DNA of 63,990 bases, filler included, from Jimgerdemannia flammicorona (taxonomy: Eukaryota): the NCBI GenBank assembly GCA_003990765.1. It is 3 parts of 3 records of this genome, joined end to end, with 100 filler letters (N's around TTAATTAATTAA, not from the genome) between each part and the next. Parts side by side here need not be neighbours in the genome. Positions count along the whole stretch, not along the records: positions 1 to 21,335 come from RBNJ01001478.1; positions 21,436 to 42,769 come from RBNJ01001479.1; 1 more part is not named here. The stretch is one strand, 5' to 3'. A program made the position numbers and the translations under genes. Under the pieces are notes generated by a model. That model was not told the DNA's origin and searched no databases. It worked only from the letters and a program-made list of their open reading frames with translations. How positions within the stretch are numbered: the stretch's first letter is position 1; each line of letters begins with the position of its first letter. Of this stretch, positions 11,254-24,549 are shown one piece after another.

Positions 11254-14200
11254 TTTTTTTTTTTTTTTTTTTTTTTATAGTCCCTTGGACTGCCCTTGAT
11301 TACTACCATTTATAATTCTAACAATACAATATCACCCCAAACTCTCAACTAATGCCCCGCGGACCCAATCCTCCCCCCTTGACCTCCTCCTGCCTGAGCA
11401 CAACCCAATCACCCACTATCTGAATCCTCCCACCACTCTTCTGGGAGATACACTGTACCAAACCCCTGCAATTCCCCCCACCCAGCCTCCACCCTTGCCA
11501 CCAGCTATTCAAAATGTCCAATAATAACCATTCCCAACATGCCACCTTGTCCCCAACCCCAACCCACTGTCTCTCCTCAAATACATGAACCCAATGCCCA
11601 GCCAACCCAACCCACATGGCCAGAGCCCAACCAAGGGTCAGCTATTTGTCCCCAACCCCACCCACCAGTCTCTAGCAGAGCTCTCTCCATCTCCCCCCTT
11701 CCCCTCCCTCTAAGGCACACAGCCTTAACTGGTCCATGATACATCTCCAAAACTCCTCCAAAACCTCACACTCGCCAAGCCAATGTTCAGGTGTTTGTAC
11801 CACTCCTCCCTCCTGACCAATGTTGAAACATTCCTCACACTCAAATACTCCACCATCCACCAAGTGCCCAGACTAATAGTTCAACATTATATTCTACCAT
11901 AGGACTTGCCACCACACTACCCAGAACTTGGAGGGCAGCCACTGCCTCATCTGTTTGCTCCAAAGCCAGAGTCTATTCCAATCCCACTCCTCACCAATTC
12001 CAACCCTCTGCCAGGCTTTGGGCCATAGGTCTCCACTCAAGCCCTACAGACACTCCATACCCTTGCCAAGCTGAAAATCCTCCACTGGAACACCACCCAG
12101 TAGAAGCCTGTCCCACCACCATATCTACAGTCCCCAATTCTCCTCAGCTTCATCACCTCGCCACCGAAGTCTAATTTTCTTAGTACCATTCACCACCCTC
12201 CACCAAAAGCCCATAAACTGCATCCTCCTGCTCCCATCCATGGTCACTATCGTAAACAGATCACCAGAGTCACCACAAGGGAAATACTGAACCTCCCACA
12301 CCCTCTGCATGAGTGGCACCCACTCCCAGCCCCTTAGCTCACTCGCCCTCCTCAACCACCAAGCTCTCAAGCAGTGAAGCTGCTTAGTAAAGTCAACTAA
12401 ACCCAGCCCACCTCTTTCCATGGGCAGTGTGAGCACCTCCCAACCCACCTGGCTTCACTGCCCTCCCCAGATCTATGACCTTGCCATCTTCAACAGCCCC
12501 CTGACCACCCAAGTTGAGAAATCCAAATGATACTCCATATACTACAGCTTCAGCATCCAATACATATTCAGCACCATCACCCTTCTGGCTAAGAACATAT
12601 GCTGACCTCCCCATCATAGCAGAACATTTCCCTACTCCAGAAGTTGTTGATTCCACCATGTACAGGGAAGAAGAGATCTGAATACCAAGAAGTAAATCTC
12701 CAAATACCACACTGGTTCACCAGCTGACACCACTGTCCCAATTACATCACCACCAATAATTCCAGCACTCAGCACCAGAGTCTCGCATTTGTGCCAGTTT
12801 AGTTTAGCACCAGAACCCCTCTCATACCATTCCACAGACCTCTGTAACTCCCCCACATCTATCAAGGAGCCCAGCCCGACCACCATATCATCAGCAAAGG
12901 CCCCCACCTTCCAATTAATCCCTAAAATGTCCAAACCCCCAATCTGATGCTGAATCCTGTCCAATAGGGGCTCCAAGGAGAGGGCATACAATATGGATAA
13001 CAAGGGGTCCCCTTGCAGCACCCCACGCCCCAGGGGAAAGGTCACCCCCCTGTGGCCATTGATGACCAATGCTACCTGACTGTCCTCCAAGAGGCTGATC
13101 AATGATCCTCAGAACCCCAGGGGGATACTAATCCATTTCAGTACTCCCTCTAGCTAGATCCTCTACACTCTATCATAAGCCTTCTCTTGATCCAGAAATA
13201 CCAACTGGCCATCCACTTCTGTAGCCTGGGTACCTTCAATCACTCCATATACCCAAGCTGTCCCATCGCGAATCAACCAGCTACTGACAAACCCATGCTG
13301 CTCTACACCAAGCACTTGCTGAGCAATTCCTTGCAGCCTCATCACCAAGATCTTTGTCACCAGTTTGCAGTCCATGTCGAGTAGCATGATCAGCTGCCAG
13401 TTCTTCAAATCTTCCTACCTCCCCTTATTCTTATAGAGCAAGGAGACTAGCTCTAAGCGCTGGCCCCCAATTCAAGTACCAGACTGAAGAACCTCATCAC
13501 ACATAGTGGTCATTTCCTCTAGCACCTCACCCACCTTCTTCCAAAAATCCCAGGGAAGTCTATCCTCCCCAGAGCCATCCCCTTACTCATTGAGGCCACA
13601 ATCTTGCAAATTTCCTCTCTACTCACTGGGTCCCCCAAAGCCCCTAGGCCCATCGCAGGGTCCAGGTGCCAATCCCCCAGCTGCCTTTCAATGTCCAAAG
13701 CATCCACTCCTCCTTCCTCCTCACTTTATAGATTCTCCCAATGGGTTCTCAGTATACCCAGAATCACTGGAGTCCCCACCACTAGCTCGCTATTTGCATC
13801 CAGAACTCCCTTCCACCACTGCTTCATTCATCATGCTTGTAACAACCACTTCAAAAACTTAGTAGGCCTCTCCCCCTCCTCAAGCCCCTGCCACCACAGT
13901 CAGGCCACCATCCCCTGCAGCCTCACCTCCTCCTCTCTTCATAATACTCCTTTAAGCTCCTCCACCTCCTTTCAGATTCTCACAATATGCCAATCAGTTA
14001 CCTCCCCATCTTCTAGCACACCTGCCCATCTCTCCATGAGTACCACCAGATGCTGTGAGGCCCACAGCACCTGCCACCATTGCTGGGCACACCTTCCTTT
14101 CTCTGCTTCCCTCCAATATCCCTGAGCATTCACCTTCAGTCTCCTCCAGCAGTCCCCAATCCCCAGGCCCCATTCCTGCCACCTTTCGATATTCCTGACA

Positions 14201-17030
14201 ACCTCCATTTCCCAACTCTCCTATAAAGCCCTATCCTCCAATAAGGAAAAATTTAGCCACTAATGTCCAGACCCATCCTCACTTCCCCCAAACCTCCCCC
14301 CTCAAAGCAGCCCCCAGTGATCAGACTATGGACACCAAACTACCTCTAGCACCATCCAGACATCTGCTCCCCAACACTCCGCTGTCAAAACCCAGTCAAT
14401 CCTGGAGCCCAGCCCTGCTGCTCAGTGGGTATACACCCACCAATTGTCCCAAAACTGTCTTCCCAAGTCCACTAAAGAACTCAATCTCTCTGTCTCCAAC
14501 CAGTCACCCAACCCACCACTCTTGCTCCATATGTCTCTCCCTCCATCTGTTCTATCCATCTCCTTATCTCATACTATGTTGAAATCACCCCCCATGTAGT
14601 CCAACCCAACCTCTCCCAAGACACTGGCCTCTTTCAACCTGCGAATTCAATCCACTCTCTCCTGAGCAGTAACAGGACCCAACTATCAATGAGCCCCATC
14701 CAGGCCTCTTCCATACTCCCCACACCACCCAAGACCCCCAATGTCCAATGTCCCCAATATCCCCCATCCCTTTCTGAATGAGAATACCCACTTTCTCCCT
14801 CCATACCACTGCCCCCCCCCATTCCTTAGTCCAATCCTGTAAATCCACATCCACCTCATAATGAACATCCTGTAATAAGAAGAGGTCTACATCTAGTCCC
14901 TTAAGCCATCCAAATATATACTTCCTCCTAGCCACCTCCTGTAACCTATTTATGTTCAAAGAGAATATCCTAGTTGTACAGTTCATATTGAAAGAATGTT
15001 GCAATAGAGACCCCAGTCTAGTATTCCATGCTCATCTCATCTCCAGCCAGATTCAAGCACTGTTCAGCTTCCAAGTCACTCTCTGCATTAGCCTGAGCAT
15101 CCAGTGCCTCCAAGATTTCCTGATATTCCACCCCATCCACTACCTTCATCTCTAACCAGTAGTCCATACAGACTGCATGTCACTTCTCCAGTCCCTTCCT
15201 TAAGTTCCACAAGTATGATGCCCTGTCACTCACAATCCTCCTAAGTTCCTCTTCTCTCTGATCATTGACTTGATATTCAACTGACTCCAGGAGAACAGTC
15301 AGGATCTCATTCCTCATCTTCCTCGGCACCTCCTCCCTCTATAGGATCTCCTCCCAATACCTCTCTTTAATAACTCTGAAATCCTCTCCCTCCAGCTCTT
15401 CTGCTACTACCCCTTCCAGGGTCTTCCACATCCACTTCTCCTCATCTACCACCTCCACTGCACCCAGAATGATTTGCCCCCCATCCACCTTGGAGTCCAC
15501 CAGTGTGCTCCTCCTCACTGACTCGTCCCACTCCTTATCTGGCACATCCAGCAGCTCCTCCTCTCCCTCAGCTCCACCTGGGACACTATACTGAGAGCAT
15601 ACACCTTTGCTCATTTCTACATCTGTCTCCATATTGCCTTCCCTCTCCTCCTCCACTCCAATCCAAGCCCCACCCCAGGCCCTTTCACTCCCCTCAGCCC
15701 AGATGCTCTCCTGTAATCCTGTAATCCCCTCTCCTGAGCTTCCACTAGCTCTACCCCCACTCAACTTCACCAGCAGCTTCTTCTGGATTTTCCTCCCCTG
15801 CATCTTCTCCCAGGCCCCCCTCTCCATCTGGACCCTCTTCCTATCTACCTCCCCCACCACCATCCTGGCCTCAAACTCCTTCCAGGTCAATCTCCTCCTT
15901 GCAACTGCCCCTTCCAGATCCTCCAGAGCCTCTAACAGGTCTTCCTCCTCCTCCTGGGTCCCCTTCACCCTCGTGATCTTGTACTCTACTAGTCTCCACC
16001 TCAGCATCACTAGCTAGTCCCTCAACTTCCCCATATTCTCCTTCCCAGCCAGCCTTACCCTGACATCAACATCACCAGTCCGAAGCTCTGTACCCTCCCA
16101 GACCTTGAACCCAATATCCACAATCTCTCCATACTCCTTGAATGCCTCCACAACCAACTCCCTGATCCTCTCCTTCGATACCATAGAGAGATCCAATACT
16201 ATCAACTGCACCACTTGGGGGTTCCAGCATATGCACTTGGCCATAGGGACCACAACCCCACCAACTGTCACCCCCTTCTCCAAGGCTGCCAGTAAGGTGT
16301 CTTCCTCCTCAAACTCCACCTCAACCCCTTCCTTCTCCTTCAAAAACCTCACCAATACTGCTCCCTTTGCCTCCTGTATCACCAGCTCCAAAATCATCCT
16401 CACCATCACCACCAAGCCCTGGAAACACATTGTGACCATGAATTCCAACCTTGACTTCTTGAGTAATGGGGCTGACACTATGCCTGTCACCTCATCTGCC
16501 AGGTCCCTGGGCCTCATGCCTACTCTCTGTCCTGAATTGTCAACCACCATCACATCTGGATTTTTTGCCAGATCCCCAGTCACAGCCCCATCAACAGTCA
16601 CATCTCCAGCCCCTACTTCTGCTCCTCTCCTACCATCTGAAACTCCCCTGGGCACACCTCTCTGTCCCTCAGCAGCAGCTATTGATGTCTTCCCCAGGCC
16701 TAGTCAACCATCTAGACTAGAGGCCATCTTCCCCATTCTGACCTTATCAGCAAAGGTCAACCTCTCCCCTCCTCTCTGCCTCAGACTGCCCCTCCCTCTA
16801 CCACTGGGGCCTTGGCTAGCCATCGAGGCCCCCAGCATCCCCAAACCATCTCCCCTCCTCCCTACCTGCTGCCAGCCAAAGGCACCGCTATCCCCCTGAA
16901 GAGTATGCTCACCAGTTCTATCATTGCCATCCATGTTGATAGTCATCAGATACCAAAAATGTAGTACAAAGTATTATCTGAGTCTTGTGTCACCCAAATG
17001 TTACTGGTGAAAGATGGATTTCGAACTTCT
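11253..17030 (-). mobile_element. L1/Tx1-like LINE copy 2, full length (~5.8 kb), inserted in family A integrase
   Basis: Poly(T) at the left end; 17-bp TSD attggaaacaaatctct (11237-11253) / attgggaacaaatatct (17031-17047); ORF1, APE (IFSLNINRL), RT (GVLQGDPL, AFADD), C-terminal CEEC..EHWLGEC. Confidence 0.93.
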
Positions 17031-18114
17031 ATTGGGAACAAATATCTATGGACTTCATTGTACAACTACCCTGAACTAAGAATAAGAAAGATGCAATTGT
17101 TGTCTTCATGGACTATCTCAACAAACAAGCTCACTTTGTATCAACTACCACTACTGCAACAGCACCAGACATAGCTACACTCTTATTCAATAACATCTTC
17201 TGCTATCATGGTCTTCCCAAGATCATTATTAGTGATCGAGACCCAAAGTTCACCAGCCATTTTTGGAAAGCCCTCCATGGATACCTTGGAACAAAACTTG
17301 TACTATCCACAGCCTTTCACTCTGAAACTGATGGCCAAACTGAAAGAATGAACCAAACTCTGGAACAAATACTAAGGAACTATATTTCCTACAGACAAGA
17401 TGATTGGTATGAACACCTCACTGCAGTTGAGTTTGCCTATAATAATAGCAAACAAGCCTCTCTGGGAATGACCCCATTCTTTGCCAATACAGGACAAAAC
17501 CCAAACACCCCTCTGACACTCATTCGAACCACTGATGAACCCTCCACAGTTGAAGCTATTGAAGAATTTCTGCTCCAAATATGTAATCTAAGCCAGATTG
17601 CAATTGAGAATTTATCATGAGCTCAAGAACAACAGTTACAGTATGTTAACCAATACTGCCAAGAAGAAACCTTTAATATCAGAGAAAAAGTTCTATTGGA
17701 CATCTGAGAATACCAAGTTGACAACCTCAAGCACAGACCATCTACTAAACTGAACAGCAAGTTTATTGAACCATTCAAGATCATTACACAAGTCTCTCTG
17801 ACCTCCTACAAACTGGTGCTACCAGACACAATTAAGATCCATCTAGTCTTCAATGTTCAATATCTCAAGCAATATAATGAAAGTAATGATGAGCTATTCC
17901 CAAACTGGACCACCAAACCACCTGCATCTGTCATTATTAATGACCAAGAAGAATATGAAGTTGAACAAATCCTCAACAAATATAGCCACAATAATCACCC
18001 TGAGTATCTTGTCAAGTAGAAAGATTACCCAATCCACAATGTAACCTGAAAACCTAAGTCCAATCTCCAGAATGCTACTGACTTAGTTCAGGAATATGAT
18101 TCCTTGAACAACTA
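17031..18114 (+). pseudogene. Integrase core and chromodomain, family A
   Basis: ISMDFIVQLP, IISDRDPKF, TDGQTERMNQ; EYEVEQIL...YLVK*KDY...T*KPKSNL chromodomain. Confidence 0.92.
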
Positions 18115-18527
18115 AAACCAAATACTCCACACCTATCAGTATATACTATATATTATCCTTCTAAACATTATAATTTCATGAGCAAAAATCAAGAACTCAG
18201 CAAGTCAAGACAAAGAATACTGACTCTCTGAAAAAATAACAAAACTGAAAGCAAGTCTATTCTCCCCATACTACTGGTGGAAAACAAGGCATAGACATTT
18301 AAGAAGATTCCTTAGAGGAAATTCTCTAGCAGTGAATAACATCAGAATCACTTCTAGCACATGGCATTGAATACATGACCCTTTAACATGTGAATCCAAC
18401 ATATTAGGCAACTGTACTATGAGCATGCCACTTTCTGAAAAAATGAACTTCATCAGACTTTTGATCTCCCAAATAGTATAACAACACTAGAACAAATTAG
18501 AAAGCCCTGATGAGGATATTAAAAGCT

Positions 18528-18541
18528 AAGAAGGAGAGAGT
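18528..18541 (+). promoter_or_regulatory. Polypurine tract, family A
   Basis: AAGAAGGAGAGAG directly before the 3' LTR. Confidence 0.8.
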
Positions 18542-20635
18542 TGTAAGTGCATAACCTCCAAGCCACCAAAATTATATATTACTCTCTGAACAAGCCACTG
18601 AAATCACATACAATCTCTGAACAAATCTGGAAATCACCTGCTCAATCATGAAGCTGAGTCAAACTAAAGTCATAGTATACAAAGCTGAGTCAAACCGAAG
18701 TCACAGTATATAAGCTGAGTCAACATGAAGTTATAGAACACAAGATTCATACAAATAGAATCTTACCAATCAGGACTAAATACATATATACCAAGCACCG
18801 AGATATGATGAAATAAAGAACCAAAACAAACAACAATCACAACTTCTGAACATATATAAACATGACCACTGAGATCTACAACTGCATCTATGCTGACATT
18901 TGGAATACCATTGTCAACTGAGCTATACTCCCTCTGCCCCTCATAAATATCCATAGTCTAGCACCCCTCTACTTTGTGGAAGCCTGATAGAATGCCCTGA
19001 ACATGCTTAGTAAGGCCTACTGAATCAGACAAATCTCAAGCTACTACCAGATCAGCCGCCTCCTGGAAGATATGGTCAAATACCACCATGATATGGACAT
19101 TATCCAGATGTCTCAACACCAGAAACTCATTATCTGCAAACACTGAGAACTCTTCTATAAGTATAGCATCTTTATTCTCTACCTCTGAGTTACTACTGTC
19201 AAAATGGTTGCTACTCTGTCCTATAGTCAAATTGATGACATAATACAAGAACTCAACTACAAGTACCTTGAGTACATCCAGACTACAGACAGAACCTTCC
19301 CACACCCTGATGACTATATCCTGCAAATACCTCAAGTTGGATATGCTATAAAGGATATCTATAATATAATTCGGTTTGACAAAGATAAAGCAGAAGACAA
19401 TGATCCCTCTGATGCTGATATGACCTCTAGCCAAGAATCTCTACCAACCCTGATCACTCCACCAACCTTGCCAATGAACTTACAATAGTTCATAACCACC
19501 TACGAGACCTATTGGGACAATGACCACTGGTACAAATACCAATCTACATTCACCCCCGATTACTTTAACTACAATAAAGAGACTGGAGAACACAACCTGT
19601 ACCTCCAGATAACTCTTGAGATTAAACCAACCACTCCACCACCTAAGTACAAGTGATATGAACTACAGCTGCCAGCTTACTACAACCCTGTGACTCATAG
19701 TGCTGTAACCTATAGAAGGTATACAGACAGTGAATCTGATAAAAGTGAAGATGATGTATCCCTCCTTCACCCACTAATGCCTTATCTAGCATATGAGACA
19801 GATGATGCTATCCTGTGGGATGGTGATGAAGTCCCAATGTATTATTATCTCAGTGAACAAGAAGAAGTAATACATGAACCACTCTTTCTAGACAACTACT
19901 TCATCAGAGATGATGTCATTGATAGTAATATTATCGAAGACTATCCAGACAGTGTCTAAACTTATAAATAGCTTAGCAGTTATAGTATAGTTAGATTAGC
20001 CTTGTATGACATAACTGTGAATTGACTCAGCAGTCAGACAATCTCTTGATATATCAGATCACACTTGTACTATGTGACTACATTCTGACTCAACAAGACA
20101 CTAAGTACTATATCTATATTCAGTATAGTCCAGATAGCCCCTCACTAGTATAAATACTCCCTCTCCCAGACCTCAGAATCTCAGATCCAGACACCTAAGA
20201 ACACTCTTGAATACTTCCCCACAATATTCCTTCACACAACTACTCCTAGTATAGCAATATTATGAATAGCAAATAAACCTATTTAATAACTCACAAATCA
20301 CTTTTAAGTAAATCTGCTCCCCATTAGGTCTCACCCCTAACCCCATCACGAAATTTCCTAATTGGGTATTATCTGCAGCAATACACCAATTCAACTAAGC
20401 TGGTCTTAGTTTCTTGAACTTTCTGAAATACAGAAAATCCTGAACATCCAGAACTAGTCTAAAAAAGGACTTCAGTTGAGACATCAACCCAATCTTGAAA
20501 TCAATAAGTATAGAGGATATACTCCATATGAAATTGATCTTAACCTTAAGAAAACAGTTTTCCAGAATATCTAGAACTTCCAGAAAACCCTTCCAGAACT
20601 ATGTAATGATTACCCTAAAAAGCAACCCTCTTACA
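18542..20635 (+). repeat. 3' LTR of family A
   Basis: TGTAAG...CTTACA, same length as the 5' LTR. Confidence 0.95.
18862..19959 (+). pseudogene. LTR-encoded accessory ORF, family A 3' LTR copy
   Basis: Colinear with 4455-5552; most stops lie at different codons in the two copies. Confidence 0.75.
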
Positions 20636-21335
20636 TGTGGACTAGATGGTAGACTGGTCTTCTTGGACCAGGAGAAGACCTATGACCATGTTTAGTGAGT
20701 ATGGCTGGGTAAGGTGCTGGATAGAATTGGTATGCCCCCATGGTTTAGAGCCTCTATATTGAATTTGTTGGAGGGTAGCAGGGCAGTACTGATGTATAAT
20801 AGTTATAGAGATTTAGCATTTCTCTTAGGAAGAGAAGTTCCTCAAGGAGACCCACTGTCTCCTATTCTCTATATCCTTTCTTTAGAACCTTTGATAGATA
20901 GGATATGTCAGAAGGTGGAAGGGCTCTCTATGTATGGTGTGGTGTGGAAGGTGGGGGCCTTTGTGGATGATATGGTGGTTGGACTTGGGTTGGTGGTGGA
21001 CATAGAGGCACTCAAGGAAACAGTGGATTGGTATGAGATATACTCTGAGGTGAAACTCAACTAACATAAGTGTGAGATGATGGTGTTGGAAAATGGGCTG
21101 GTGAGTGGGGACATCATTAGAACAATTGTTCCTATAGGAGAGGTGGTGCAGTATCTGGGTATCTTCCTCTCAGTATATAGATCTGTCTTATCATGAGTAT
21201 GGTGGGAGAGGAGGGTAGCCATTTAGGGGGAGGTCCTTTACAGTTGGAGGGGCTACCACATCTCCCTGGTAGGGTGGGAATCAATTCTGAATGTCTACTG
21301 GTTTCCCAAGCTATGGTATATGACATATTACCTGG
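20636..21335 (+). mobile_element. LINE copy 1, RT continuation (cut by contig end)
   Basis: FLDQEKTYD, VPQGDPLSP, GAFVDD. Confidence 0.9.
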
Positions 21336-21435
21336 NNNNNNNNNNNNNNNNNNNNNNNNNNNNNNNNNNNNNNNNNNNNTTAATTAATTAANNNNNNNNN
21401 NNNNNNNNNNNNNNNNNNNNNNNNNNNNNNNNNNN
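21336..21435. other. Artificial contig spacer
   Basis: N44-TTAATTAATTAA-N44, a six-frame stop linker. Confidence 0.97.
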
Positions 21436-21613
21436 ACAGCATTTGCAATCAATGTCACCTCTTGGAAGGCTATCTACATCCCTTTTTATCATCCATTCAT
21501 TGACACTTACCCATATAATCTCGAATACTACTACTGTCATCATAATCGTATTATTCTTTGATAACACCCCCCCCTCCTCCCTTTTTGAACTACAATATAA
21601 AGCTAAATACTAA

Positions 21614-22062
21614 CCGGGTAAAAACAATGGGTTTATATCTCGAGATATTTGATTTAACGATAGGTTGAAAGGTCGTGGCTCGACTGCAGAGGGTGCTACG
21701 ATTGTTGTAGGGTGCTGGATAACAACATGAATGTGCTCATCATTGAGAGGCTCGGGGAAGCACCTCTGTACTTTGAACAATACTGGCAGTTTTTCACCAT
21801 GCAACACAACAGCGATGTCAGAGTTGGGGTTGGCTTGTAATGCAGTGAGCATATTGTTCGGCATGTAGAGGGGTATATTGACCTTCCAGAGAGCGAGGTC
21901 TTTGGCATCACAAACTCCAAGAGTTTGAGGATTCATCTCTTTGATGCATTCTCTAAACTTGCCAATACTGGCATTTTGGTGAATTGTGACAGAAAACACG
22001 CGTTCCGATGGAGGGGTATTACTATGGATAAGACAGTTGAGCGTGATGCTATTGGTTGACAT
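21614..22062 (-). CDS. Crinkler (CRN) gene 1, header exon; remainder lost at contig end
   Basis: LNCLI..FSVTI..LALWKV..HIHVVIQHP ubiquitin-like CRN header; the apparent stop is a G|GTTAGT donor of an intron paralogous to that of CRN-2. Confidence 0.8.
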
Positions 22063-22194
22063 TCTGTGTACAAATAGTATAGCAACTTAGTTAGTGTTAA
22101 TATAAAAGGGTACAGGCTGAGACGAAGTAGTGTTTAGTCTATCAGTTCATACAACTTACTATAGTTGTTGTCATGTTAGAAGAGTTGGGAATCA

Positions 22195-22490
22195 AGTTGT
22201 CGCGTGTTGTTAAACAGTTATGGATCACGCGTTATCCAATTAAAAGGCAGTCATATATGTCCCAGACTCATATAACTGCCTTTTGGCTATCAGTCACTAG
22301 ACCCAAGCCACCTATATAAAGCAGTCAATTATAACGCAACTCCAAAGGTTATGCCATATATTTTTATTGTTAATTATCCTTAGATGATCGTGTACACGTT
22401 TCTCTCTGACACCCGATGTCCCCCCCCCCCCTTTTAATACTGGTCACCACTATACACCATTAAACATGTCGAGAGCCTCCTTATTAAAGA
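22195..22490. repeat. Shared CRN upstream/intergenic cassette (also ~24305-24590; partial at ~25360, ~29450, ~32325)
   Basis: gttgtcgcgtgttg..aaacagttatggatcacgcg block upstream of the CRN headers; 15-bp inverted repeat at 22242-22284 and 24352-24394. Confidence 0.85.
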
Positions 22491-24180
22491 AGTCTTTAGC
22501 ATTCTTGCTATCGATCACATTGTCTTCTGCCATCTTGATGAGAGTGTCAAATGCAGGACACCACAAACTCCATTGAGCTTGTATGTCACCTAATATTGCA
22601 TCAAAAGATTTGCGATCTTTGGCTGGCGGTGGCATATTGGTGGATGAAACACACCCTCCTCCCTTCTCCTCTTCTTCATAAGACGAGTCTGCAAATGATG
22701 GCGAGGTCGGTACATCTAGTATGAATGTAGGTATATGTGAGGTGCTATAACTCACAATAACAATGTGGTATCGAGGTGAACGGTGATAGTTACACGGAGT
22801 ATATTTGCAGTCGTTTTACCGACACATCCATGTGTATGAGTTGGTGCTTTTGCGACCCACGCTCATTGTTGTAATCATGGACAATGTTCGTAATAAACAG
22901 CCTTTCACGCAATCCCATTTTCCTCCACTGTTTACGATCCAATGTCTTTTGGAATGAAATAGCACAGATCATACCTTCTGAGTCAATGTCATTTGATTGG
23001 TTTTCGATATATATTCTGAATAATAAAATAACATTTGAGAGACTAATAAACAGATGGACAAGTTGTGTTTGAGTATATCTTTGTGCATTCTCATTATACT
23101 TACAGAGTTTGGGGAATTTTTGTCTGTGAGGATGATGATAGAGCCTTAGGTTTAGCAATCTTTCGCGATGATACTATTTGAAGGGCGACATAATTGTTAG
23201 ACGATATGCATAAATGCATACCATACGATATAATATTGTACTTACCAGGCAAAACAACCCTAATTGGATTCGCCTGTTGAATGTTATAATATTGAGTGAG
23301 GACACTGAAATCGTACTGTTTCAGGAGGCTGTCATCCAAAACATCATCCTGTTTGGTGTCGGAATGTATGATATAGAGGACTAGTGCTGGTGCGTCACAG
23401 GTGACATCCAATGGGTTTGCCATCTTGATTGCTTGTCAGAGATCATCAATATCAGCACCATTAAAGTTTACAAGTTTGGTTGCGTAATTGCCTGGAAGTT
23501 CAATGTGATACCAAATGGATGGCATTGTTGGTGCTAATAAAGCGATATATAAGTTAGTATCATTTCACATCTCACAGCTTCAGTAGCACCACCCCCCCCC
23601 CCCTTAAAAAAAGGGGAAAATATAAGTGCACAGCATTTGCAACAATGTCACCTCTCAGAAGGCTATCTGCATCCTTTTTTATCGTCTATTTGTTGACACA
23701 TAACCATCATATAATATATAGTCTCATATTACTACCATCATCATAATCTTATTATTTTCAGATAGCACCCCGCCCTCCTTTTTTTGAACTACAATATAAA
23801 GCTAAATACTAACCAGGTAAAATTGCAGGGTGCTGGACAATGATGTGAATGTGTTCGTCTGCCGGATTGTTGGCAAAATATCTCCCAACCTTGTACAGTG
23901 CAAGTAGCTCCATGCCTTCTAGCACCATTTCGATGTCAAAATCGGTAGTACCCTCTAAGATGGTAACCTTGTTGGATTCGTTGAGAGATATATCGACCCT
24001 CCAGAGTACAAGTTCATTTGCAGCAATATGGTCGAAACGCGGTGCCATCTCTACCTTTATCAACCTTTTGAGAGCTGCGATACTGTGGGTTGTACTGATT
24101 TCAACTTTGAAAGCACGTTTGGATGAAGGCGTGTCGCCTTGGACAAGGCAGTTGAGTATGAGGCTGTTGCCGGCTGACAT
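22450..24180 (-). pseudogene. CRN gene 2: header, second ubiquitin-like header module, degenerate C-terminus
   Basis: Exons 24180-23814, 23533-23246, 23173-23104, 23015-? splice in frame with canonical sites; in-frame TGA at 23438-23436; 3' end uncertain. Confidence 0.75.
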
Positions 24181-24549
24181 TCTGTGTTCTACAAACAGAC
24201 AAACGGTATTGTGTTAGTGTTAATATAAGAAGTACATGGGTTGTCAATGGACAGCATTTAGTCCTTACTGTAGTTGTCGTGTTGTTAAAAAGGATTGAGA
24301 ATGAAGTTGTCGCGTGTTGTCAAACGGTTATGGATCACGCGTTATCCAATTAAAAGGCAGTCATATATGTCTCGGACTCATATGACTGCCTTTTGACTAT
24401 CAGTCGTACAATTAGACTAGACCCAAGCCACTTATGTAAAGCAGTTAATTACAACGCAACTCCTATATATTTTTATTGTTAATTATCCTTAGATGATCAT
24501 GTTACACATTTCTCTCTGACAACTAATGCCCCCCCTCCCTTTTAACACT

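Larger units (their letters stand above)
4135..20635 (+). mobile_element. Ty3/Gypsy chromovirus LTR retrotransposon family A, full length, degenerate, with nested LINE
   Basis: Two 2094-bp LTRs; 5-bp TSD tgtag (4130-4134) / tgtgg (20636-20640); PBS, PPT; gag-dUTPase-PR-RT-RH-IN-chromodomain. Confidence 0.95.

Noticed and set aside
18120..18527. Possible short ORF between chromodomain and PPT in family A (and 52190-52540 in family C)
   Set aside because: Too short and degenerate; no shared motif or second copy to support it.
21336..21435. Palindromic TTAATTAATTAA inside N runs (also 42770-42869)
   Set aside because: Artificial six-frame stop spacer. The flanking contigs are 21335 and 21334 bp, suggesting size-sorted concatenation, so no linkage across spacers can be inferred.
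22242..22300. Hairpin followed by CTAG as a Helitron 3' end
   Set aside because: Paralogous homology continues ~190 bp past the CTAG, it is followed by A rather than T, spacing differs in the second copy, and there is no Rep/helicase.
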